Positions 50,358-62,238 are shown, counted from the whole stretch's first letter. The stretch: 63,481 nt of DNA, filler included, from Octopus bimaculoides (GCF_001194135.2; 6 parts of 5 records of this genome joined end to end with filler, not necessarily neighbours in it), one strand, 5' to 3'. Translations and numbers: made by a program. Notes: generated by a model from the letters alone, not told the origin.

Positions 50358-51269
50358 TAATACAAATAATATGTGAGTATATGCATATATACGTACATGT
50401 ATGTACATACCTACATCTACATGTACATATAAATGCATATCTGGGTACAGGACGTCACGAGGAAACGTGGGCAAAATGATAAACAGAACATAAACAGAGC
50501 ACAAAAAACACACAGGCCACATAGAGAACATTTCCTTCATCAGCTGCCACCATTCTAAAACTAAGCGTTTATCTATGTATGTATGTATATGTGTATATTC
50601 GAGTGTTTTTTCAATATATATATATATATATATACGCACACACACATATATATTAAAATTTATTGGCAGTAATTAGGCAGTAATTTTTCACTGCTTTACA
50701 AATGCACGTACTTGTAATATAATTGCATTACCTTTTATATTTACGCTTTAAACTGTTGTCGTTCAAGGCTCATGTTGCATGTTTTGGCAGTGTTTTTCTA
50801 AATTGAAATTTTATTGTTTTTTAACAAAGGCACATCTAATTTTAGTATTTTTCTTTTCAACATAAACCGTAAAATAGCATACATACATTTCTATTAAACA
50901 TCGGTAAATTTATAGAACGAATCTGACCTTCAAAGCTGTTTAACCGTGCTTTACAACAAAAGTATAATGCGACTAATTTTTGACTCTTAGCGAAGCATAT
51001 CAAGCTAACAATCAGCGTTAAAAGCATTAAAAAAACATTAAAAAATTTTCAGATGTGTATGTTAGTCCTGATTCAACAGACACACCATCAACAAGTATGC
51101 TCAACATGCTAGAAATAACAGCCATATGTCCCTTAGACCACACCTTCCTGGAAGACATGGTTGAAGGCTGATCTCAAGACTCTGAGTTGAAGGGATGAGA
51201 TGACAAAGAACGGTGCAGAATATTTAGACATTGTTAATACACAAGAATATTTAGACACTGTTAATACAC

Positions 51270-51720
51270 AAGAATTCTCTATGTTTATCCCAGAAGACAA
51301 AGAAATTGCTACAGCTGGTAACCAAACATGCAATCGTCCAGCTGCAGAACAAGTTGCAGTAATTAGGCCAGATGTGAGTTTGGTAGCAGTACAACCATAA
51401 AGACTTCTGACACTGCGTAAAAGGTGTGTTCCTAGTGAATCTTTCTTTCATACAATCAATCGATGCATCCAAATTATGACCCACTGCAATTTCCATTGCT
51501 ATTTCGGGAACATGATTTCCATTTCCTTCACTACTCAGGTCATTTGGCTCAAGAATATTACAGTGATATGTATTCCAAGATTGAAGAAGCAAGCTTACCA
51601 AGGATTCGATATAATCAAAAAACAAAAAAAAAGATTCAGGGCAAAAATGCATTAAAATGCACCCTGCAATCTCTCCAAAAATGTTCTTCTCCAAAATGTC
51701 ACGCAAGAGATCCCTAAGTT
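51270..51720 (+). pseudogene. Helitron Rep N-terminal region, decayed and internally deleted
   Basis: HPNYDPLQFPLLF and GHLAQEYYSDMYSKIEEASLPRIRYNQK match Helitron HPSYDPLQYPLLF and GRL.QQY.VD.Y.KIE..RL.YIR.NQ motifs. Confidence 0.8.
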
Positions 51721-51868
51721 TCATATCATATACTCTGTCAGTTAAGTCTGATCTGTCAGCCGGTGTCTGTCTTGAATAAAATTCATCTTAAAATTTCTTT
51801 CCATTGGAGATTACAGGTCAAAGTGATGAAAAAATATGCTCTCTTAAAGATAGAGTGTCTGCCCTAAG

Positions 51869-51918
<50 letters not shown>

Positions 51919-52105
51919 ATAGATATAGATATGTATGTATGTATGCAGGCGTGTATGTATGTATGTATGTATGTATGTATGTATGTATGTGTGAGTGGTC
52001 AGGTTAGTGAGATCTTCAGTCCTCTGGCCTGTAACTATATCATGTTATAAAATTTTTATTTCAGCAGTGGAAAACATGAAGCATTGGTATATATCTACAG
52101 ATATA

Positions 52106-52267
52106 GGCACAGGAGTGGCTGTGTGGTAAGTAGCGTGCTTACCAACCACATGGTTCCGGGTTCAGTCCCACTGCGTGGCACCTTGGGCAAGTGTCTTCTA
52201 CTTCAGCTTCGGGCTGACCAAATCCTTGTGAGTGGATTTGGTAGACGGAAACTGAAAGAAGCCCGTC

Positions 52268-52317
<50 letters not shown>

Positions 52318-52554
52318 GTGTGTGTATATTTGTGTGTCTGTGTTTGTCCCCCCCCCCCCCAAAAAAAAACATCGCTTGACAACCGATGCTGGTGTGTTTA
52401 CGTCCCCGTAACTTAGCGGTTCGGCAAAAAGTGACCGATAGAATAAGCACTAGGCTTACAAAGAATAAGTCTTGGGGTCCATTTGCTCGACTAAAGGCGG
52501 TGCTCCAGCGTGGCCGCAGTCAAATGACTGAAATAAGTAAAAGAGTAAAAGAAT
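52106..52554 (+). mobile_element. Complete tRNA-headed SINE, family A
   Basis: A-box-like tggctgtgtgg, B-box-like gggttcagtccc, internal (TA)n, tail aaatgactgaaataagtaaaagagtaaaagaa. Confidence 0.9.
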
Positions 52555-52933
52555 AGAAAACAAATCTCTCCTCACCTCACTTTGTTATTCAATACATAAA
52601 TGATAGAATTCAACCAGTCACCCGTAATTGTTCTACGTTTAGAAGATCTCAAATTTTACCTTTTTACCTTTTTACCTTTTTTTAATTATTTTTCAAGTTC
52701 TTCCCTAGAGAAAAATTTTCATCCGTTGATAAGTCAACTGAAAAAAAAGTTTTATGCTGTTCATTGATTTATTTCCAGAGCATGATATCTGGTCATTGCA
52801 AAATTACTAGTATAGGAAGCATAAGTGAAGTGTGTCTAGTTCTGCATTAATATCCAACTGTCTCATTCACATTCAATCCTAGCAAAGACTCTTTATAGAG
52901 AAGCTGTCCTTCCTTTAATATACAACTACTTTA

Positions 52934-53150
52934 AGGTCGCGAACTGGCAGAATTTTTAGCATGTCGGGCAAAATGCTTACCAGCATTTCGTCTGTATTTA
53001 CGTTCTCAGTTCAAATTCCGCCGAGGTCGATTTTGTTTTTCACACTTCTGTATTGATAAAATGAGTATCATTTGAAGACTGCGAGAAATGTAATCGACAT
53101 AACCCCCCACCGAACTTCCTAGCCTTGTGCCAAAATTTGAACTGAAATCA
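52934..53150 (+). mobile_element. SINE family B
   Basis: aaggtcgcgaactggcagaa..gttcaaattccgccgaggtcga..gtgccaaaatttgaa. Confidence 0.8.
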
Positions 53151-53261
53151 ATATAAGACCGCTTCAAGTATTTCGAAGAGTTTCAGATTCAGTTTAGAAA
53201 TGATATTTATTTATTAAAAACAAAAAACCACCGTTGATAGTATTTTATTATCCTAATATTA

Positions 53262-53390
53262 TTTTTTACTTGTTTCAGTCATTGTACTGCGGTCATGTTG
53301 GGGCACTACCTTGAAGGGGGTCTGTGAAACAAATTGAACCCAGTTGTCGAGAAGTGGTGAGGAAAAATACAAACACAAAGACACACGCAT
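53262..53390 (-). mobile_element. SINE family A, 3' fragment
   Basis: tttacttgtttcagtcattgtactgcggtcatgttgggg is the reverse complement of the family A tail. Confidence 0.65.
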
Positions 53391-53664
53391 AGATATATAC
53401 ATTTACATTGTATATATATGACAAATGAAACTATTTTTTATTATCATATATATATACACATACATCCATATACACATACATATATAAAAATACACATATA
53501 CATACATGGATATATACCTACATACATATATACATATAGACACACTCACATCCATATATTATATACACAAATACATTTTGACAAATATAAATTGCCATAT
53601 GATTACATATGTTTAGATAGTTATGCAATAGATGCATATACATACATTCACATTCACATATATA

Positions 53665-53698
<34 letters not shown>

Positions 53699-54001
53699 CA
53701 CATATATATACAAACGTATACCCGCATTAATAATAAATTATATACACACATATACACACATATACTCACACACATGTACATATCCATACATATACAGATA
53801 TATAAATATACACCNNNNNNNNNNNNNNNNNNNNNNNNNNNNNNNNNNNNNNNNNNNNNNNNNNNNNNNNNNNNNNNNNNNNNNNNNNNNNNNNNNNNNN
53901 NNNNNNNNNNNNNNNNNNNNNNNNNNNNNNNNNNNNNNNNNNNNNNNNNNNNNNNNNNNNNNNNNNNNNNNNNNNNNNNNNNNNNNNNNNNNNNNNNNNN
54001 N

Positions 54002-54042
<41 letters not shown>

Positions 54043-54861
54043 ATTAATTGAGGGCATTCGTGTAACTATGCTGAATCAGCAAGTTCATACTCAGTCTTCA
54101 TTTTGTAGTTTTCAATGGCAACAAGTTTCAAGTTATTCTTTACTTTATAGACTTGGAAGTTGTTTATGTAGGCACTTCATTTTTAAAATGCCTTAATAGC
54201 CTATCATGTCTAATACCATTTGAAATGTCGGATCTGTTCAATCTCAAGCACAGATTTTTTTTAATTAATTTTTTTAACTGAACAAGTTTAAAACTTCAGA
54301 TACTGGTTGAATGTGTCACATAAAACACGGTTTACTCTGAGCGTTTTTGACAAAATTTTGTATTTTAGAAGTTATTTCGTGTTAAAGTTGTTATATTTGG
54401 GTAATTTTAACCAATCAATGACGTGTGTTCAGCTGAAGAAAATTACTGCTGCTGTTCGTGAACAACTTCCGGTTCATTATTTTTACAAAATTATTACTGA
54501 GACAGACCAACGACTGAGCATGTATGTAGTTGCATGAACTGCTAGAAAAAGTAGCCAAACTTTTTTATATACAGAATAGAAAAACCTCTTGCACATTCAA
54601 CCAGTATCCGAGGTTTCAAACTGTTTAGTTAAAAAACATTTTTTAAATCTGTGACTGAGATTGACAAGATCCGTGAAACTACTCTCGTACAACACTGGAT
54701 ATTAGCCATAATATGTACCGAGTTCCCATAACATTTTCTATTTGTTTCATATGAAGATCTGAATAAATTACGCTAATCAAGGAAATACCAATATTTGGAA
54801 TATGGATGCTTGCTATCTTTTATTCTTTCAATTTTTCTTTAACTTTAGCTGCTTCATCATT

Positions 54862-55238
54862 CAGGGAAGAATATGACCGAGACCTTTGGAAATATGTTGT
54901 TCTTGAGAAGACCCGGCAAGCCAAGTGAGACCATAACCTGTAGCCAATTCGATGACAGCACCACATGACTGGCATCCGTGCAAGTGGATCTCTAAGAGCA
55001 CCATCCGAGCGTGATCGTCGCCAGGGCCGCTCACTGGCCCCCGTGCCGGTGGCACGTAAAAATCACCATTCGAACGTGATCGTTACCAGCGTCGCCTTAC
55101 TGGCGCTTGTGCTGGTGGTACGTGGAAAACAACATTCGAGCGAGGGCGTTGCCAGTACCGCTGGACTGGCTCCTGTGCAGGTGGCACGTAAAAACACCAT
55201 TTGAGCGTGGCCGTTACCAGTACCACCTGATTGGCCCT
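54862..55238 (+). mobile_element. LINE (RTE-like) 3' end with internal ~66-bp tandem array
   Basis: ORF end DRDLWKYVVLEKTRQAK*, then three or more diverged ~66-bp units. Confidence 0.7.
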
Positions 55239-55440
55239 CNNNNNNNNNNNNNNNNNNNNNNNNNNNNNNNNNNNNNNNNNNNNTTAATTAATTAANNNNN
55301 NNNNNNNNNNNNNNNNNNNNNNNNNNNNNNNNNNNNNNNATATATATATATATATATATAAGCACACACACATATATACAGGTATATGCGAACCTGTACA
55401 CAGACGCACGCACACACAGGCATACGCACAAACGCACATA

Positions 55441-56317
55441 TATGTGTTCTGGTCAATAAGTATGAGGACTTTTGCCATAGAAACGAAGCTAAAGCACGTA
55501 GAGTGGAGCCACTTGGCCACCATAAATGATGAACTCTACTCTCCATGCGCGCTACGTTTTAACATTCTAGCTCAATTCCGCTGGAAGGTGTGTAGTGTGT
55601 GAACATCGCATTGACCATGACAGAGGAGCTTGAGCAGAGGATCTCCATCCATTTTTTCCAAAAGCGTAGCGATACCTGCTCAGAAGCCTACGCAAAGATT
55701 TCAGAAATTTTCATCGTTCTCGACACAAACAAGATTTTGTGCAACTGAAACCCGGATGTCTCTTTTTGGTCCGCTGAAAGCAGCTTTGGCACAAAGTTGG
55801 CAGACACGCGTCTCATACCTAAATCTTCAATAATAATGGACTGAACGGAAACGTAACTGATCTCCATAACTGATGAATGGTGATAACTCACAAATGCTGA
55901 TTCCACGATTTCCCCACAGCTGCAAGCACATCTGCGATGTTTTTCGCAGTTCCGCTGGTTGAAGGTCTGCCACAACGTAAGCCAATGTCGCCATTTCTTC
56001 GGCCATTTTGGAAACGTCTGAAGCACTCACACTCTTGTGTGCCGCTCATACACTCCTCTCTAAACACTTTCTGCAACTTTGCGTAGGTCTGTGAGCAGGT
56101 GTCGCCATGACAACGCTGTCATGGTCAATGTGACGATCACACGCTACACATCTTCCTTCCATACACTACTGTGAACAACAGAAGTGAGCTAGAGCGTTAA
56201 AAGTCAGTGTGCATGCACAGCAGAGTTCATTGTCAATCTGTGCCAAGTGGTTTACTCTGCGTGCTGTAGCTTCGTTACCATGGCAACTGTCCAGTTACTT
56301 ATTGAACACAACGCGTA
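55441..56317. mobile_element. Rearranged mariner with two convergent 5' ends (877 bp)
   Basis: Left arm (+) is a TIR, leader and MTEELEQRISIHFFQKRSDTCSEAYAK. Right arm (-) is the homologous TIR and leader, running to EDLGMRRVSANFVPKLLSADQKE. TA at both outer ends. Confidence 0.85.
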
Positions 56318-56813
56318 TATATATGTCTGCGCGCGCGCGTGTGTACACACAGACACATGCATTTACCTATACACATGTATACATACACATACATTCCTGC
56401 CAGTTCCGATGATGGTTTTCTCCTGGGGTGTGTCTAGTCAAACTAAGCAACTTAATGAAGAAATTAAACAGTGAAAGAACACTAATTAATAGGTTTAATC
56501 ATGCATATTGGTTCGAAGTGCAGTCAGTAGTTACCGTCATTAATTACTGGTATTGCGAGTCAATAGGTGGTGGTAGACTAAGCAGTTTGTCGTGCAATAT
56601 ATAGTGCTTGGAAAGCGTCGCCGCCAATGGAGCGTCAACCTGTGTTGCTGCGCAGAGGGTGTGCTGGTGTGTATTCATCACTTAAAAAGCAATACACAAG
56701 GACAGATAAAAGTGGATGCATGGCAGTGAACAGACAGATAATCTGGGTACTCCGAATATCTAAATAATCTACACAGTCTCAGAGCTGAAACATTGCGAAG
56801 AATAAATAAATAA

Positions 56814-56846
<33 letters not shown>

Positions 56847-57274
56847 NNNNNNNNNNNNNNNNNNNNNNNNNNNNNNNNNNNNNNNNNNNNNNNNNNNNNN
56901 NNNNNNNNNNNNNNNNNNNNNNNNNNNNNNNNNNNNNNNNNNNNNNNNNNNNNNNNNNNNNNNNNNNNNNNNNNNNNNNNNNNNNNNNNNNNNNNNNNNN
57001 NNNNNNNNNNNNNNNNNNNNNNNNNNNNNNNNNNNNNNNNNNNNNNNNNNNNNNNNNNNNNNNNNNNNNNNNNNNNNNNNNNNNNNNNNNNNNNNNNNNN
57101 NNNNNNNNNNNNNNNNNNNNNNNNNNNNNNNNNNNNNNNNNNNNNNNNNNNNNNNNNNNNNNNNNNNNNNNNNNNNNNNNNNNNNNNNNNNNNNNNNNNN
57201 NNNNNNNNNNNNNNNNNNNNNNNNNNNNNNNNNNNNNNNNNNNNNTATATATATATATATATATATATATATTC

Positions 57275-57455
57275 CTTTATTCTCTTATTTGCTTCAGTCT
57301 TTTGGACTGTGGTCATGCTGGAACACCGCCTTGAAGTGATTTTAGTCGAGGCAATTAACCCAAGGTTTTATTATTTATAAGCCCAGTACTTATTCTATCG
57401 GTCTCTTTTACTTAACCGCTAACTTACAAGTATGTAAACACACGAACATCGGTTA
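57275..57455 (-). mobile_element. SINE family A, 3' half
   Basis: Reverse complement of the family A tail. Confidence 0.75.
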
Positions 57456-57800
57456 CACATATTTTTGATATCGTCTTCTGTGAAGTGAATAGCCTCTGGC
57501 TTCCGATAAGAAGTTTTTGTTTCAGGCTGCAGAATTATGTTGTTCTTGCTAACTCTATATCTTAGCCCAGAAATGTCGACTTTCATCAGCATCAGGAACT
57601 AATCTTTTATGTTCTTTATCATCATTAATCTCTTGATAAAATCTTTTTTTGGTCGGTTCTGAACAATTTGTTTTGCCGGTATTGCTTAATCCGTTGTTCC
57701 AACCTAGTTAACCCTTTTTTTTTTTTTGGCAAGTATGCGTTGCTTCAGTTTTTCAATTACAACATTCAGGCCTTTTGCATATACACCATATTTCTTTCTT
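57455..57800 (-). pseudogene. R4/Dong-clade LINE internal fragment
   Basis: KKYGVYAKGLNVVIEKLKQRILAK..LEQRIKQYRQNKLFRTDQKRFYQEIN..VPDADESRHFW. Confidence 0.8.
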
Positions 57801-57812
57801 CCTCATTTCCTC

Positions 57813-57870
<58 letters not shown>

Positions 57871-58072
57871 TTATGTTTGACTTTTGTTTTGCATTTGTAC
57901 AAGTTGGATCCAAGTCTCACCCAGAGACCTCAAGAGACAACAAGTTAGAAGTTCATGTAGGTGTTATGCCTAGGGTACCATATATTTGTATTTGTACAGT
58001 TTTGTTCAAGTGAATGTTTAAGAAACCATAAGAAAATTATGTGTTTGCTTTAAAATTTGAGATCACATAGAC

Positions 58073-58077
<5 letters not shown>
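57871..58077 (-). mobile_element. 207-bp element between (TAA)n runs, near-identical twin of 30497-30703
   Basis: Two differences seen by eye versus the 30497 copy; flanked by (TAA)n on both sides. Confidence 0.75.
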
Positions 58078-58116
<39 letters not shown>

Positions 58117-58216
58117 NNNNNNNNNNNNNNNNNNNNNNNNNNNNNNNNNNNNNNNNNNNNTTAATTAATTAANNNNNNNNNNNNNNNNNNNNNNNNNNNN
58201 NNNNNNNNNNNNNNNN

Positions 58217-58277
<61 letters not shown>

Positions 58278-58289
58278 ATATATATCATC

Positions 58290-58718
58290 GGCGCAGGTGA
58301 GGCTGTGTGGTAAGCAGCTTGCTTTACAACCACATAGTTCCGGGTTCAGTCCCACTGCGTGGCACCTCGCGCAAGTGTCTTCAACTATAGCCTCGGGCCG
58401 ACCAGGACCTTGTGAGTGGATTTGGTAGATGGAAACTGAACGAAGCCCATCGTATATATACATGTATGTATGTATGTATGTATGTATGTATGTATGTATG
58501 TAGCTATGTGTCTGTATTTGTCCCCACACCATCGCTTGGCAACCGATGTTGGTGTGTTTATCTCCCCGTAAAGTAGCAGTTTGGCAATAGGGACCAATAG
58601 AATAAGTACTAGGCTTACAAAGAATTAGTCCTGAGATCGATCTGTTCGACGAAAGGCGGTGCTCCAGCATGGCCGCAGTCAAATGATTGAAACAAGTAAA
58701 AGAATAAAAGAGTAAAAG
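58290..58718 (+). mobile_element. Complete SINE family A
   Basis: Colinear with 52106-52554. Confidence 0.9.
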
Positions 58719-58769
58719 CACACACACACACACACACACATATATATACATACACACACNNNNNNNNNN

Positions 58770-58825
<56 letters not shown>

Positions 58826-59210
58826 GAGAGAGAGAGAGAAAAGACGACGGGATTCCATACAGTTTTTGTCCACCAAATTCACTTACAAGGCATTGGTCGA
58901 TCTCAGGCTATAGTAAAAGACACTTGTTCCAGGTGTCAGCCGTTGGATTGAAACCGAAGGCGCGCGCGCGCACGTATACATACATGCATGCATCCATCCA
59001 TACATACATACATACCTACATACACACACATACATACATACACACATACATACATAAACACATACATACATCCATACATACACACACATACATACACCCA
59101 CACATACGTACATGCACACCTACATACATATATACACACACACATGCATACATACATGCATGTATACATACACACTTAATGTATACACACATATATACAT
59201 AAACTATAAC

Positions 59211-59518
59211 TGGCACTTCGTCGGTTGCGACGATGAGGGTTCCCTGCTCATGAAAGTTAAAGTGCAAGTGGCTGAGCACCCCACAGACACGAGTAACCAT
59301 AACGTAGTCCGCCGGTGTATTTAACCTGACACGGAATGTGACGATTCTGACCCTTTATAATTACAGGTACAACGCATTTTTGCTAGCTGAGAGGACTGCA
59401 ACAACATGAAGTAAAGAGTCTTGCTCAAGGACAGAATGTGTCACCGGGAATCGAACTGATGACCTTATGACCTTGAGCAGAATATTCTGCCACTAAACCA
59501 CTAAGCCACGCGCCTTCA

Positions 59519-59520
<2 letters not shown>
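59211..59520 (-). mobile_element. tRNA-headed SINE with family C-like head and family D tail
   Basis: Reverse strand head tgtgaaggcgcgtggcttagtgg..agttcgattcccgg; tail gtggggtgctcagccacttgcac..ggaaccctcatcgtcgcaaccgacgaagtgcca. Confidence 0.8.
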
Positions 59521-59587
<67 letters not shown>

Positions 59588-60398
59588 NNNNNNNNNNNNN
59601 NNNNNNNNNNNNNNNNNNNNNNNNNNNNNNNNNNNNNNNNNNNNNNNNNNNNNNNNNNNNNNNNNNNNNNNNNNNNNNNNNNNNNNNNNNNNNNNNNNNN
59701 NNNNNNNNNNNNNNNNNNNNNNNNNNNNNNNNNNNNNNNNNNNNNNNNNNNNNNNNNNNNNNNNNNNNNNNNNNNNNNNNNNNNNNNNNNNNNNNNNNNN
59801 NNNNNNNNNNNNNNNNNNNNNNNNNNNNNNNNNNNNNNNNNNNNNNNNNNNNNNNNNNNNNNNNNNNNNNNNNNNNNNNNNNNNNNNNNNNNNNNNNNNN
59901 NNNNNNNNNNNNNNNNNNNNNNNNNNNNNNNNNNNNNNNNNNNNNNNNNNNNNNNNNNNNNNNNNNNNNNNNNNNNNNNNNNNNNNNNNNNNNNNNNNNN
60001 NNNNNNNNNNNNNNNNNNNNNNNNNNNNNNNNNNNNNNNNNNNNNNNNNNNNNNNNNNNNNNNNNNNNNNNNNNNNNNNNNNNNNNNNNNNNNNNNNNNN
60101 NNNNNNNNNNNNNNNNNGTATGAACGCGATGAGGCACGGAACCGAGAGAGACAGTGGTAGCGTGTGTTACTTGGCGAATATATATATATATATAAAACTA
60201 CATAGGCATACACACACACATGCACACACACACGCACACACATACACACATACACACGCACACACGCAAACACACACACAAACACATATATCATGATTTT
60301 TCGTAAATTCAGAACAAGTCTACTCTTTTCGTAGATGAGCCAATGCTAAAACGATTTATTATATTTCTTCTTCTTTCATCTTTTCTCTTTTGTTTTTT

Positions 60399-60443
<45 letters not shown>

Positions 60444-61004
60444 CCCTCATTGAAGGTTTCGCAGCTGAAATCTTCCTTATCTTGCATTCCTTAGATGTTT
60501 TCTACCTGATGTAGGCGGCTGCCTAGTCATGGAACTACTATACAAACGTTTTCTCTTTTATTTATTTGTAGAAATCCGCATTGAATGACACGGCTGTGTT
60601 TCTTTTCCGCCAATCTTCCACTCTCTGACCATCTTTCGCCTGGAATATCATCAATCTTCAGTGTTATGTCCTGTTTTAAACTATAATAAAATGTAGAACC
60701 GATATATTTCACAGTGTTACATCTGATTCTATAACGATTTTATTTGATTAAATTCTAAAACCTGTCATTAATTCGATAACAAATATGTGTTCTCTGTTTT
60801 CGTTTTAATTATTTCAGCATTTTTGCTAATTGGCCTTTTCTAAGCAGTAGCTGACTGACGTCGTTATAAATGAAGAAAAAATTAAAATTTAAATAAAAAC
60901 TGTAAAACAAAGTCTGTCTGTAGTAATTATTGGTTTTAGTGATTAGACTGGTGCCAAAATGGCTGTAATTGTTTCAATCGACTCAGGTATTATAATTTCC
61001 TACT

Positions 61005-61334
61005 GTAGGCACAAGGCCCGAAATTTTGGGGGAGGGGACAGTCGATTAGATCGACCAGTACGCAATTGGTACTTAATTTATCGACCGCAAAAAGATGAAA
61101 GGCAAAGTCGACCTCGGCGGAATTTGAACTCAGCACGTAACGGCAGACGAAATACCTATTTCTTTATTGCCCACAAGGGGCTAAACATAGAGGGGACAAA
61201 CAAGGACAGACAAAGGGATTAAGTCGATTACATCGACCCCAGTGCGTAACTGGTACTTAATTTATCGACCCCGAAAGAATGAAAGGCAAAGTCGACCTCG
61301 GCGGAATTTTAATTCAGAACGTAATGACAGACGA

Positions 61335-61335
<1 letters not shown>
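61005..61335 (-). mobile_element. Two tandem headless SINE family B copies (61005-61155, 61156-61335)
   Basis: Both match the family B body and stop at cagacgaaata. Confidence 0.8.

Positions 61336-61398
<63 letters not shown>
61336..61398. repeat. (TAA)n microsatellite
   Basis: Direct reading. Confidence 0.95.
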
Positions 61399-61460
61399 GC
61401 AACAATAACAATATTGAAATATACCTTAGGAGTGAGAACCCAGGTTCGAAATTTCCCTAA

Positions 61461-61506
61461 GACACCTGATGAAAGCTGGAGGGTACATCAGCCGAAACGT
61501 TGTGTT
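61461..61506 (+). ncRNA. Minimal (dimer-type) type I hammerhead-like motif
   Basis: Stem I GACAC/GTGTT; CTGATGA 61466-61472; extra A; stem II AGCTG/CAGCC with an A.C mismatch at its base; GAAA 61494-61497; loopless palindromic stem III ACGT; triplet GTT. Confidence 0.55.
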
Positions 61507-61773
61507 AACAACGAACAAGATGAGGACAATTATCCGTCAAATGTAAATAATGTAAATAATGTAAATACCTTTAGATTGTTCAATGTACGAAAATTATTGC
61601 GGTAGGGACAGTAATTATGATACATATTTTCCTCTATGTNNNNNNNNNNNNNNNNNNNNNNNNNNNNNNNNNNNNNNNNNNNNTTAATTAATTAANNNNN
61701 NNNNNNNNNNNNNNNNNNNNNNNNNNNNNNNNNNNNNNNGTGTGCATACATACATACATACATACACATGAGA

Positions 61774-62238
61774 GTTGTTTTGACTCTTATTTCTAGCAAT
61801 GCTGGTGTTCACTAGCACACGTCCGTCAATTTAGTGACGGCTATACTTGTTACCTTTCAGTCGTAAATTGCGAATAGCCATCTTAATAATTTATGATTCT
61901 CACTTCACCATTTTCGAAATCAGTCGATGTTTCCAATGGTGCTGTCTATAAGGCTAACAGGGTGAGTCAGGCTCTTTAACCCTCAGCAACTAAGTAATGG
62001 GTCACTGACGAAGATTGATGAAATCTGAAATCAGCGCTGATATGACACCATCTCGCTTGTCGCAGGGAGGAAACCTGTCTCCCTTGTCAGCCGCTAGAAA
62101 AGTACTGTCATGTGGCTAAGTGTTGTTTTAGCTCTTATTTCTAGCAATGCTGGTGCTGATTAGCACCCTGTGTCACTTTAGTGTCGACTACACTTGCCTT
62201 TCGGTTGTAAATTGCGAACATTCACCTTAATAATTTAT
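61774..62238 (+). repeat. Partial tandem repeat (~347-bp unit) carrying a hammerhead; retrozyme-like
   Basis: Diverged direct repeats 61774-61894 and 62122-62238 flank a ~227-bp core containing the ribozyme. Confidence 0.75.
61997..62051 (+). ncRNA. Type I hammerhead ribozyme motif
   Basis: Stem I ATGG-GTCA / TGAC-(A)-CCAT; core CTGACGA 62005-62011; stem II AGATT/AATCT; GAAA 62027-62030; stem III palindrome ATCAGCGCTGAT; triplet ATA, predicted cleavage after 62042. Confidence 0.87.

Noticed and set aside
55030-55238. Regularly spaced repeats superficially like a CRISPR array
   Set aside because: Contiguous diverged tandem units without unique spacers, in a eukaryotic LINE UTR; no cas genes
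60507-60712. Minus-strand exon-like segment and 61-aa ORF
   Set aside because: All three frames contain stops between the candidate splice sites; no recognisable domain
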